Shown: positions 9,246 to 18,415 of the stretch, one piece after another
Layout of the letters: the number at the start of each line of letters is the position of its first letter
How positions within the stretch are numbered: position 1 is the first letter of the stretch
Assembly (NCBI GenBank): GCA_020724805.1
Contig: DYGI01000001.1
Location: forward strand, 111,157 to 175,156
Length of the DNA stretch: 64,000 nucleotides
Reading direction: 5' to 3'
Origin: Candidatus Microgenomatus sp.
GTDB taxonomy: Bacteria; Patescibacteriota; Minisyncoccia; UBA6257; GWB1-50-10
The notes under the pieces: model-generated
What the model saw: only the letters and a program-made list of their open reading frames with translations
What the model was told of the DNA's origin: nothing
Databases searched by the model: none
Program-made: the position numbers and the translations under genes

Positions 9246-11000
9246 ATGGAAACCAAAATGCCAAAACCGTACGAACCCTCTTCGGAGGACACCCGCAGCG
9301 TTATCGCGCCGGCGGGAGCCGAGATGTCGTCGAACTATTTGAAGCTTGGGGATTACTACGCAAAAACGCTTTTTGTGTTCACCTATCCGCGCTACGTGGC
9401 AAGCGGGTGGTTTTCGCCGCTCATCAACCTCCCTGACATGCTCGATATTTCCATTTTCGTGCACCCCACCGATACCGGGGTAGCGCTGCGAAATCTCAGG
9501 AAAAAAGTTGCGCAAGTGCAGGCGGAGATGATGGAACGCGAAGAAAAGGGATTCGTGCGCGATCCCGTGCTCGAGACCGCATACCATGACCTTGAAAACC
9601 TCCGCGATACGCTCCAGCAGGCGCAGGAAAAGCTCTTTAAAGTGGGAGTCTACATCACGCTCTATGGAAAGTCTCCCGAAGAACTTTCAAAGCTTGAGGA
9701 TAAAATACAGTCCATTTTGGAATCCAAGCTGGTGAACATAAAACCGGCGCTCTTCCGCCAAGACGAAGGGTTTCTCTCGGTACTCCCTACCGGCTCGGAC
9801 AAACTCGAGATCAATACCCCCATGAACTCGGGGCCTGCATCTTCGCTTTTCCCGTTCGTATCGCCGGACCTCACTTCCGACAAGGGAATTCTCTACGGCA
9901 TCAATCTTCATAATCAATCACTCATCATTTTTGACCGTTTTTCCCTCGAGAATGCGAATGCGGTGGTGTTCGCGAAGTCCGGTTCCGGAAAGTCCTATGC
10001 GACAAAACTCGAGATTTTGCGCTCCATGATGATGGGTACGGACATGATCGTTATTGACCCGGAGAATGAGTACCAAAATCTCGCGAACGCGGTCGGGGGA
10101 AGTTATTTCAAAATCTCTCTCACCTCCCCAAGCCATATCAACCCCTTCGATATCCCGCTGATTCCTGAGGGAGAGGAACCGTCCGACGTGTTCAAATCCC
10201 ACATTTTAAACCTCACCGGCCTCGTGAAGCTCATGCTCGGTACGGTCACGCCGGAAGAAGATTCACTCCTCGACCGCGCCATTACGGAAACCTACGCATC
10301 CCGCGACATCAACGCGGAAAATTTTGGAAGCATCAAAGAATTGAATCCTCCTCTCCTTGAAGACCTTCAAACGGTGCTCGCGAATACCGAGGGAGGAAGG
10401 TCCATCGCCACTCGTCTTGAAAAATTTGTGAAGGGTTCGTATGCGGGATTTACGAACGCGCCCACGAACATCGACGTAAAGAATCGGCTGATTGTGTTCT
10501 CTATCCGCGACCTTGAAGAGGAGCTTCGCCCTATCGCGATGTATATCGTATTGAACTTCGTGTGGAACTTGGTTCGTTCCGAACTCAAGCGCCGCCTCCT
10601 TATCATCGACGAGGCGTGGTGGATGATGAAATATAAGGATTCCGCATCGTTCCTCTTCGGCCTCGTAAAGCGCGCTCGAAAATACTACCTCGGCATCACC
10701 ACCATCACTCAAGATGTGGAGGACTTCCTTCGGTCCGAATACGGCCGCCCTATCGTCACCAACTCTTCCATTCAACTCCTCATGAAACAATCGCCCACGT
10801 CCATTGAAGCGGTCGCGTCCGCATTCGACCTCACCGAGGGTGAGAAAATGCTCCTCCTTGAAGCGGGGGTTGGCGAGGGGCTTTTCTTTGCGGGTTTGAA
10901 ACATGTGGCGGTAAAAATCATCGCGTCCTACACCGAAGATCAGATTATCACCACGAATCCGGAGCAAATGCTCGAAATAAAAGGATTACGGAAGGAGTGA
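9246..11000 (+). CDS. virB4: VirB4-like type IV secretion ATPase
   Basis: Walker A AKSGSGKS, VIDPENEY, INPFD, Walker B IIDEAW, KRARKY, TQDVEDF. Confidence 0.88.
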   Translation: METKMPKPYEPSSEDTRSVIAPAGAEMSSNYLKLGDYYAKTLFVFTYPRYVASGWFSPLINLPDMLDISIFVHPTDTGVALRNLRKKVAQVQAEMMEREEKGFVRDPVLETAYHDLENLRDTLQQAQEKLFKVGVYITLYGKSPEELSKLEDKIQSILESKLVNIKPALFRQDEGFLSVLPTGSDKLEINTPMNSGPASSLFPFVSPDLTSDKGILYGINLHNQSLIIFDRFSLENANAVVFAKSGSGKSYATKLEILRSMMMGTDMIVIDPENEYQNLANAVGGSYFKISLTSPSHINPFDIPLIPEGEEPSDVFKSHILNLTGLVKLMLGTVTPEEDSLLDRAITETYASRDINAENFGSIKELNPPLLEDLQTVLANTEGGRSIATRLEKFVKGSYAGFTNAPTNIDVKNRLIVFSIRDLEEELRPIAMYIVLNFVWNLVRSELKRRLLIIDEAWWMMKYKDSASFLFGLVKRARKYYLGITTITQDVEDFLRSEYGRPIVTNSSIQLLMKQSPTSIEAVASAFDLTEGEKMLLLEAGVGEGLFFAGLKHVAVKIIASYTEDQIITTNPEQMLEIKGLRKE

Positions 11001-11001
11001 T

Positions 11002-11502
11002 ATGAGCACGCCAAAATTCAACCTTATCGAGATAATTTTGGGGAGCATGGTAGCGCTCCTTATCGATATTGTGAGCATCTTCGCGGACCTTCTCGCGGGC
11101 GTCGGAGGGTTTATAGTGCAATCGCTCTCATGGCTCCTTTTCACACTGTGGTTTCACTTGAAGGGCGCGAAGGCGACCGCATCGCTTGTAAGAAGATTTC
11201 TTATTCCCATTGCCGTGCAGATCGTTCCGGTCATTCCCACCCAGATATTCACCTTTCTCGTATCCGTTTATATGGAGAATCATCCGGAAAAATTCGGCTA
11301 CGTTACAACCGCGGTTTCCCTTGCTAAAATGGACATAAAGAAATTGAAAAACATAAAAGAAGCGGAAGGGACGATGGCTTCTATAAAAGAGGGGAGAACG
11401 CAATATCGCGCCGCGCGCCGGGAATTCCAAAGAGAGCGGGATGATTATTTTAAGGAAAAAAAGGAAGGGACAAATAACGAACTCTATAAAAAAGCGGCAT
11501 GA
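11002..11502 (+). CDS. Hypothetical membrane protein
   Basis: About 3 TM helices then a basic coiled tail, operonic spacing. Confidence 0.7.
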   Translation: MSTPKFNLIEIILGSMVALLIDIVSIFADLLAGVGGFIVQSLSWLLFTLWFHLKGAKATASLVRRFLIPIAVQIVPVIPTQIFTFLVSVYMENHPEKFGYVTTAVSLAKMDIKKLKNIKEAEGTMASIKEGRTQYRAARREFQRERDDYFKEKKEGTNNELYKKAA

Positions 11503-12173
11503 AAAAAATCGTCTTTACCATATTAGTAGTCCTCATTTCCCTCGCGGCGGGAGCTGCAGGAATTTTCGCACAAAGTCAGCCCACCCAAGCGTTCGTAACT
11601 TGGCGCGCCGAGAACTTTTACCCTTCGTATTTCGAAGGTCGAGTCCTTCCTTCCTCGGGATCTTCTGTATCTCTCGCGGTGGAAGTAACGCAGGGCGGAA
11701 TTTTACGAGACCTTGCGCAGGCGGACATTGGTTGGCAGGTGGACGGAAAATTCATCGGGAGCGGACGCGGAATGAAGCAGGCAAAATTCACTGCCACAAA
11801 GGGGAGTGGAAACTCTCATTTCGTTCGAGTGTCTATCGCGCAAAATAGCGAGCTCGTTGAAGTGTCAGTTCGCATTCCCACCACTGCGCCCACGGTGGTT
11901 ATCGATGCACCGTATGTCGACAAACGAGGCACGGAGGGGAAAATTACACTTTCTTCTCTCCCTTATTTTTTCAACGCCTCTTCACTCGACGATTTTCGCT
12001 TTTCGTGGACCATTGATGGGGAACGTAGAGAGGTTGGAAGCGATACTACCCTTACCATCGCCGACGCTGCAAGCATCGTCGCGCGAACTTTTCGTATAGA
12101 CCTCGAAGCCTTGAATACTTTAAACCCGATGGAAACCGCGACCGCACGAAACCAATTCGCGATTACCCCATGA
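11499..12173 (+). CDS. Secreted beta-rich (Ig-like) hypothetical protein
   Basis: Signal peptide, beta-strand pattern with WxVDG/WTIDG repeats, ATGA overlaps at both ends. Confidence 0.7.
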   Translation: MKKIVFTILVVLISLAAGAAGIFAQSQPTQAFVTWRAENFYPSYFEGRVLPSSGSSVSLAVEVTQGGILRDLAQADIGWQVDGKFIGSGRGMKQAKFTATKGSGNSHFVRVSIAQNSELVEVSVRIPTTAPTVVIDAPYVDKRGTEGKITLSSLPYFFNASSLDDFRFSWTIDGERREVGSDTTLTIADAASIVARTFRIDLEALNTLNPMETATARNQFAITP

Positions 12174-12976
12174 AACTGACATACATCGCATTAGTTGCGG
12201 GAATTCCTCTCCTTATGATGTCGGGGTCGTTTCTTGCGAACGCCGCTTCGTTTGATCTGCCAGATATTTCATGTCCGGCAGGACTCAATTGCGCCACTCT
12301 CCCAAGCTCCGAAAGTATTACCGGGAACCCTCTCGCGGGAACCCCAGGAAACCCCGCGGCGTATATCGCGCGCCTTTATCAGATTGCACTTGCGATTGCC
12401 GGCATCCTTGCGGTTGCTATCATTGTGACCGGGTCTCTTTTCTATACTTTCGCGGGCGGAAACACCGATCGGCAACGGGAGGGGAAAGACATGATAACCT
12501 CCGCGCTCTGGGGCGTCGCCCTTCTCTTCGGTTCGTATCTCATTTTGAACACCATAAACCCCGAGCTCGTAACGCTAGACCCTTTGAGAGGGCCATACGC
12601 CAGCACCACAAGCGAACGTATCAGTTTCGCTGGTCAACTTGGAAAATGCTCGCCTGAGTCCATTACAGGACTCACGCTCTGCCCCCCAGGACAGGACGAA
12701 GACGATGTCCCTGGGTGCGTTGATGGTATTACATTGAACCTTAGATTTTCGGAGATGTCTTCACAGTGCAGCGGAAGGTTTAGAACGATTGGTGGAGCGA
12801 CATTCATTTATAACAAAACGAACCCAAGTTTACCCGCGGTGTGCCACCCGTTTTATAAAAAATACAGCGCAACAAGTACCCAAGATAGAGCGACATATAA
12901 CCCAGATGTCGAATCTCCAAAACTTAGTGAAGCAAGTAGTTGGAAGCCTGGGGAATGGCAATTTTGTGGTAGATAA
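12170..12976 (+). CDS. TrbC/VirB2-like pilin with Cys-rich C-terminal extension
   Basis: Two TM helices (IAGILAVAIIV...AGGN...GKDMITSALWGVALLFGSYLILNTINPEL), typical CPR pilin core. Confidence 0.75.
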   Translation: MKLTYIALVAGIPLLMMSGSFLANAASFDLPDISCPAGLNCATLPSSESITGNPLAGTPGNPAAYIARLYQIALAIAGILAVAIIVTGSLFYTFAGGNTDRQREGKDMITSALWGVALLFGSYLILNTINPELVTLDPLRGPYASTTSERISFAGQLGKCSPESITGLTLCPPGQDEDDVPGCVDGITLNLRFSEMSSQCSGRFRTIGGATFIYNKTNPSLPAVCHPFYKKYSATSTQDRATYNPDVESPKLSEASSWKPGEWQFCGR

Positions 12977-12982
12977 TATTCC

Positions 12983-14110
12983 ATGAAACCTGTTTATAAA
13001 ATACTCATTTCGCTTGGCGCGATCATTGCCGTTAGTGCCGCAGGATATTTTATTTGGTGGCTTTTCATCGATGCCCCTACGGATACCGGCCCTTCTCCGG
13101 ACGGTTCTCTTCCATCTAGTGCCGGTTCCGCTTCAACCTCCACTTCTTCCTCTGGAGAAATTTCCGATTCCTTGTTTGCAACACCGCGCGCGCTTTCGGA
13201 CCGCACCATTTTCGATTACTGGCTTGTTCCTGAAACCGGAGAAGTCTATTACTTCACATCCGAGGGGTATGTGTATGCGGTGAAACAAGGTCCTGACCTG
13301 GAAATTTCCCGTCAATCTATTGTGTCGCTGAACCGAACTGAACCTTCTCCCGATGGACGTAAAGTGCTTGTCTCATTTGGAAATCCCAATGACCCGCAAT
13401 GGGCGATATTCGATTCCGTCGATGCGGTGTGGCGCCCCTTGCCGCGTGAAATAGTCAACGCCGGGTGGGGGAGGGCCTCGAACGAACTTATCGCGTCGGT
13501 AAGAAACGGAAACGAGATAAATCTCTCGCTGGTGGACATATCAAAGACCCCGAATTCCTATACCGTTATCCTTCGAAGTTTTGCCGTTGAAGGAGTGTCT
13601 TTTTTTGCTCTCACCGAGGGGAATATTGGGATAGCAGAAAGAGCCTCTTCGTATGCGGGGGGGCGAGTGTGGAGTTTAAATCCTACCTCTAAAACACTTA
13701 CCCTTCTCCTTGCGCCAGCGCTCGGGCGTACCGTGAAAGTGGACATTAAAGAAAATGTGAGTTATCTCGGAAGCGCCGAGGGATTCTCCTTTGCGGACCG
13801 CTCACTCCAAAACGCTTTTCCTTTCTTTCTTAATACTCTCCCGGACAAATGCGCAGCACACGCGAGCACCACATACTGCTTCGTGCCAAGGAATTTGAGC
13901 GAGCGAGTAACGTTCCCGGACGATTACTTTATGCATGCGTTTTACAGTATAGATTCTCTTTATCAAATCGCGCATGGTGATGGAACTATTACACCTTTTA
14001 TTTTAGGAGATGTTTCTTTCGATGCTTCCCGCGTGCGCGCACAAAAAAATACGGTCTACTTTATAGACCGCTACACCTCGCTTCTTTACGCGCTCGCAGT
14101 CGCTCAATAG
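12983..14110 (+). CDS. Membrane-anchored beta-propeller-like protein
   Basis: N-terminal TM, Ser/Pro linker, SPDGRKV repeat-type motif. Confidence 0.65.
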   Translation: MKPVYKILISLGAIIAVSAAGYFIWWLFIDAPTDTGPSPDGSLPSSAGSASTSTSSSGEISDSLFATPRALSDRTIFDYWLVPETGEVYYFTSEGYVYAVKQGPDLEISRQSIVSLNRTEPSPDGRKVLVSFGNPNDPQWAIFDSVDAVWRPLPREIVNAGWGRASNELIASVRNGNEINLSLVDISKTPNSYTVILRSFAVEGVSFFALTEGNIGIAERASSYAGGRVWSLNPTSKTLTLLLAPALGRTVKVDIKENVSYLGSAEGFSFADRSLQNAFPFFLNTLPDKCAAHASTTYCFVPRNLSERVTFPDDYFMHAFYSIDSLYQIAHGDGTITPFILGDVSFDASRVRAQKNTVYFIDRYTSLLYALAVAQ

Positions 14111-14112
14111 GT

Positions 14113-14541
14113 CTACGCAAGGCGCTTGATAATCACGCGCCTCTCCTTTCCTGTACCCACGCTCTCGGTGGTGAGTTCGGGGTGGGTAGCTATCTCTACG
14201 TGCACAAGTCTCCGTTCGTATCCATTCATGGGAGGGAGTTCCACTTCCTCTTTTGTGGTAACCGCCTTTCGCGCCGCTGCGCGGGCAAGTTCCGCAATGA
14301 GCCGCTCGCGTTCCTTCCGATAATAGTTCAAATCCACCACGTAAAGCGGAAGTTTTTCGCGCCGCATGATAAGGCTGACCACGTGTTCGAGTGCGGGAAG
14401 CATAAAACCTATTTCTTCGCGCGTAAGACCGTCGCCGATATGTACGCCGATTTTCCGGTGTTCTTCCTCGACCTCTACGCGAACTTCCGTAAAGCCCATG
14501 GAGGCGACGAGCGTGCGAATTTTTTCCGTTATTTGTTCCAT
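14113..14541 (-). CDS. Jag/KhpB-like R3H RNA-binding protein (short)
   Basis: LPPMNGYERRLVH...TESVGTGKERRVII; conserved position after yidC. Confidence 0.88.
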   Translation of the reverse strand: MEQITEKIRTLVASMGFTEVRVEVEEEHRKIGVHIGDGLTREEIGFMLPALEHVVSLIMRREKLPLYVVDLNYYRKERERLIAELARAAARKAVTTKEEVELPPMNGYERRLVHVEIATHPELTTESVGTGKERRVIIKRLA

Positions 14542-14551
14542 ATACGAATGT

Positions 14552-15223
14552 TTAGCTGGTGGAAATCTCTTTTTTGATGGTCTTATTGATCACAATCTGC
14601 TGTCCCACCGAAAAGACCGTAGACGCGACCCAATAAAGCCCGAGAGCCGAGGGGAGCGAGGTGAGCACAATGAGCGATATGGCGGGTCCGGCAAAAAGCG
14701 CGAAAAGCCGTGTCATTTTTGCGGCCCCCTCATTCGCCCCTTTCCCTTGCGGCATAAGCCGCGCCTGAATGTACTGAAGTCCTGCCGCGAGAAGCGCTAT
14801 CGCGATGCTCTTCTCATCAAGATTTATTAACCCAAGAAAGGTGTGTGAGTCAAATACCGCGTTTCCCAATTCTCGTGTGAATATCTGGAAAAGTGCGATG
14901 AAGATGGGGAGCTGAAGGAGAAGGAAAAAGATTCCGGAGAGAGGATTTACCTTATGCTCGCGATATAAGGCCATGAGGGCGCGCCCTTGCGCCTCACGAT
15001 CTCCTTTATGATTGTCTTGAATTTCCTTTACTTTCGGCTGAAGCGTCTGAAGAATGCTCTGATCTTTTGCGCTCTTCCAAAAAAGGGGGAGAAGGACTAT
15101 GCGAACCGCGATGGTGAGAAGAATTATGGAAATTCCTAGGTCGTGCGGGGGGACCACTTGATGTATCCATACCAACACCGCAAATACAGGTTCATAGATG
15201 TATGCGTGAAAAAGTGATGACAT
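14552..15223 (-). CDS. yidC: Membrane protein insertase YidC
   Basis: GISIILLTIAVRIVLLPL, LQPKVKEIQ, LYREHKVNP, LGLYW. Confidence 0.93.
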   Translation of the reverse strand: MSSLFHAYIYEPVFAVLVWIHQVVPPHDLGISIILLTIAVRIVLLPLFWKSAKDQSILQTLQPKVKEIQDNHKGDREAQGRALMALYREHKVNPLSGIFFLLLQLPIFIALFQIFTRELGNAVFDSHTFLGLINLDEKSIAIALLAAGLQYIQARLMPQGKGANEGAAKMTRLFALFAGPAISLIVLTSLPSALGLYWVASTVFSVGQQIVINKTIKKEISTS

Positions 15224-15236
15224 AAAAAGTGATGTG

Positions 15237-15491
15237 TCAGATTTTCAGAGCTTTTTGTAGTTCGTTAACTAACTCGGAAAATGGGGTGTCCGCCGCTTTC
15301 TCTGACGCGACGATTGTGGTGGGCCGCGTAGGCAATGTCCCGCCCTTTCTTAACGCGGCGCGAATCCGCCTCCGGATGCGGTTCCGTGTTACCGCGAGAG
15401 CCGCGTTTTTCCGGGGAACCACGATAATGAACGGGGTTTTGGTCCCTTGCGGCGCGGCGCGTATACGGAAAAGCGGGGAAGTCCCGCTCAT
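15237..15491 (-). CDS. rnpA: Ribonuclease P protein component (short)
   Basis: AVTRNRIRRRIR (RNR motif), between rpmH and yidC; ATG at 15491. Confidence 0.8.
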   Translation of the reverse strand: MSGTSPLFRIRAAPQGTKTPFIIVVPRKNAALAVTRNRIRRRIRAALRKGGTLPTRPTTIVASEKAADTPFSELVNELQKALKI

Positions 15492-15492
15492 T

Positions 15493-15630
15493 TTACCGCG
15501 GCGCGAGGCGGCGACGCCCCTTCCGCCGCCTCCGGCGCAGCACCGAACGCCCATTAGAGGTTCTTGAGCGAACGAGGAACCCGTGGGTCTTCTTTCGCTT
15601 ACGGCGGTTCGGCTTATAAGTGAAACTCAT
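15493..15630 (-). CDS. rpmH: 50S ribosomal protein L34 (not in ORF track)
   Basis: Manual translation [45 protein letters not shown]. Confidence 0.95.
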   Translation of the reverse strand: MSFTYKPNRRKRKKTHGFLVRSRTSNGRSVLRRRRRKGRRRLAPR

Positions 15631-15777
15631 AGCTTCACCAGCATACTAGAAAATACCCGAAAATTCAACGCGAAACGCTTACAAACCTTGTTCACACGCT
15701 ATGCACTCTTCACCCACATTCCAAACTTTTCCCGCATCTTGCTCCGCGCACGGAGCGCAGGTAGTATGGTGGGTATT

Positions 15778-17154
15778 ATGAACCCGAAAGAGCTGTGGAA
15801 GGCGACGTTGGGGGAGATAGAACTTCAAATCTCCAAACCGAATTTCAGTACGTGGCTTAAGAACAGCGAGTTGGTGGAGCGGAACGAACGCGAAGGTGTA
15901 GCGTTGGTGGGACTTCCTAATAATTTTGCGAAAGAGTGGGTTCGGAACCGTTACCACAAACTCATCCTTGGTTCCCTTCGTAATCTCGACAGCTCAATAC
16001 GGAACGTGGACTATGTTGTTCTGACGGGCGTGCGCGAAGTTCCCGCGCGCGTCGCTACTACCAAAGTTCCTGCGGCAACACCCCTTACCGACGAGCGGTC
16101 GCAGCTCCCTATAACCGAACTCAAAGTCGATCCGCTTACCAACCTTAATCCTCGATACACATTCGATACGTTCATTGTCGGCTCTTCGAACGAACTTGCG
16201 TACGCGGCGATTCAAGCGGTAATAGGCGCGGTCGGAAAAAAATACAATCCTCTTTTCATATACGGAGGAGTGGGACTTGGGAAAACCCATCTTCTTCAAG
16301 CGGCGGGAAACACGATTTCAAAAAACGTAGGGGGAAGAAACCGCGTGCTTTACGTGTCTTCAGAAAAATTCATCAATGATGTGGTGTGGGCGGTTCGCAA
16401 CAAAAGGATGGAGGATGTAAAGAAAAAGTACCGGGACGTGGACGTGCTCATTATCGACGACATCCAGTTTATTGGAGGAAAAACAACCACTGAACTTGAG
16501 TTTTTTTACACTTTTAACGCGCTTTATGAGCATTCAAAGCAAATAATCATCTCCTCAGACCGGCCTCCCGCCGCTATCCCCACCCTTGAGGAGAGGCTTC
16601 GCTCCCGCTTCGAGGGGGGCATGATAGCGGACATTACCTATCCGGACTACGAAATGCGCCTCGCTATCCTTCGCGCCAAACTTCAGGAACTCGGAACACC
16701 GCTCGACGATAAGGTCCTTACCCATATTGCGGCGAAAGTGCAGAAAAATATCCGGGAGCTCGAGGGCGTCCTCAATAAGGTTCTCTTCTTCCATCAACAT
16801 AAAGGGGGGGTCGATGTTAAAAAACTAGATGAGATAATTAATGAGACCACTCAAGTGACCGCAAAAAACGTGAGTGCGTCCGATGTTATTAAAACCGTTG
16901 CAGAGTTCTTTGAAGTTCCCATAACCGATCTTACGCAGCGCTCACGGAAGCAGGAGGTGGTGGAACCCCGCCAAATCGCCATGTTCCTTCTCCGGGACCT
17001 TCTTAAGCTCTCCTATCCCCATATCGGGGAGAAGTTGGGAAAACGGGACCACACGACCGCGATCCATGCATATGAGAAGATAAACAAAGAACTTAGCCAA
17101 AATCCTGCGCTCAACCAAAAAATAATGCTCATTAAAGAACGTGTGTATAAGTAG
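15778..17154 (+). CDS. dnaA: Chromosomal replication initiator DnaA
   Basis: YNPLFIYGGVGLGKTHL, IDDIQF, LRSRFEGG, RDHTT; true start MNPKELW at 15778. Confidence 0.98.
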   Translation: MNPKELWKATLGEIELQISKPNFSTWLKNSELVERNEREGVALVGLPNNFAKEWVRNRYHKLILGSLRNLDSSIRNVDYVVLTGVREVPARVATTKVPAATPLTDERSQLPITELKVDPLTNLNPRYTFDTFIVGSSNELAYAAIQAVIGAVGKKYNPLFIYGGVGLGKTHLLQAAGNTISKNVGGRNRVLYVSSEKFINDVVWAVRNKRMEDVKKKYRDVDVLIIDDIQFIGGKTTTELEFFYTFNALYEHSKQIIISSDRPPAAIPTLEERLRSRFEGGMIADITYPDYEMRLAILRAKLQELGTPLDDKVLTHIAAKVQKNIRELEGVLNKVLFFHQHKGGVDVKKLDEIINETTQVTAKNVSASDVIKTVAEFFEVPITDLTQRSRKQEVVEPRQIAMFLLRDLLKLSYPHIGEKLGKRDHTTAIHAYEKINKELSQNPALNQKIMLIKERVYK

Positions 17155-17305
17155 TTGCGACGGTACTTTCCCTTCCCCACCCTCACCGATTTTTTCCACA
17201 AGTTTTCCCACCCACTCACTAAAGAAAATTTGTTCACTGAATTGAAAAAAATGACATTTCCACATATGCACACCACCTACTACTTCTTCTACTGAATTTA
17301 TATAT
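17155..17305. other. Replication origin oriC (dnaA-dnaN intergenic)
   Basis: DnaA-box-like TTTTCCACA (17192-17200), ATTTCCACA/ATATGCACA tandem (17256-17272), trio repeat CTACTACTTCTTCTACT (17277-17293), AT tract. Confidence 0.8.
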
Positions 17306-18415
17306 ATGAAAATAATAGTACTTAGAGGGAATCTTGTGGCAGGACTCGCTGCGGTCGAACGCGGAATTGGGGGGAGTGCAAATCTTCCTATCCTAAAAAA
17401 CGTTCTTATTTCAGCTCGTGAGGGAGGGATTTCATTCACCACCACCAATCTTGAACTTGCCATCACACACGAAGTGTCAGGAAAGGTTCTTGAACCGGGA
17501 GAAACCACGTGTCAGTTTGGGATACTGAATTCGATCGTAAAAAACGTCACTGCGGAGAGGATTACGCTCGAAAAATCAGGAAAAAAACTACTTCTCACCA
17601 CTGAGAATTACGAGGCGCAAATTCAAACACAAGACGCAAAAGAGTTTCCCTTGGTTCCGTCGGTATCGGAGAGCGCAAAAACCGCGGTATTCGGCGTGGA
17701 AACTCTTACCGATGCACTCCAAAGTGTGATCGTTGCGACTCAATACACCGATATTCGTCCGGAAATAAGCGGGGTATTGTTTCGTTTTCACGAAAGCGGA
17801 GTTACTTTTGTGGCGACCGACAGTTTTCGCCTCTCGGAGTACGTACTTGCGAGCAAGGAGCTCGCGGTGCACGGCATGGATGCGATAGTACCCCTTCGGA
17901 CCGCGGAAGAGCTTCTCCGTATAGTGCAAGGAGGAGTAAAAAATTCTTCAGTCGAGATAACCGTGGACACGAATCAGGTGTTGGTAAAAACAGCAGGAAC
18001 GCATATAGTTTCGCGGCTTATTGACGGGCGATTTCCAGAGTATCACGCGATCATTCCGAAGGAGGTCAAAAACGAAGCGACGGTGGCGCGAGAGGAGTTC
18101 ATGCAAGCCATCAAACTCACCAGCTCATTCTCAGGTCGGGCGAACGATATAGTGCTCGCGGTTTCCGACAACAAGAAATCGTTGGAACTTTTTTCGAGTG
18201 ATGCCTCTCTTGGAGAAAGTAGATACCATATCCCGCTAAAAATGAAGGGAGAGAAATTCTCCGTATCATTCAACTGGCGCTATCTCTTGGATGGGTTGCG
18301 GATCTATCGTGGTTCTTCAATAACGCTTGGTGTAAATACTCCCGACCGCCCCGCGGTCGTGAAAGACCCTTCCGCACCGCACCTCACCTATGTGGTGATG
18401 CCTATTAAGGCGTAG
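17306..18415 (+). CDS. dnaN: DNA polymerase III beta clamp
   Basis: LPILKNVL, ATDSFRL, SRLIDGRFPEY, YVVMPIK. Confidence 0.97.
   Translation: MKIIVLRGNLVAGLAAVERGIGGSANLPILKNVLISAREGGISFTTTNLELAITHEVSGKVLEPGETTCQFGILNSIVKNVTAERITLEKSGKKLLLTTENYEAQIQTQDAKEFPLVPSVSESAKTAVFGVETLTDALQSVIVATQYTDIRPEISGVLFRFHESGVTFVATDSFRLSEYVLASKELAVHGMDAIVPLRTAEELLRIVQGGVKNSSVEITVDTNQVLVKTAGTHIVSRLIDGRFPEYHAIIPKEVKNEATVAREEFMQAIKLTSSFSGRANDIVLAVSDNKKSLELFSSDASLGESRYHIPLKMKGEKFSVSFNWRYLLDGLRIYRGSSITLGVNTPDRPAVVKDPSAPHLTYVVMPIKA

Noticed and set aside
15583-15777. N-terminal extension of DnaA in the ORF track
   Set aside because: Overlaps rpmH and the promoter region; homology begins at MNPKELW
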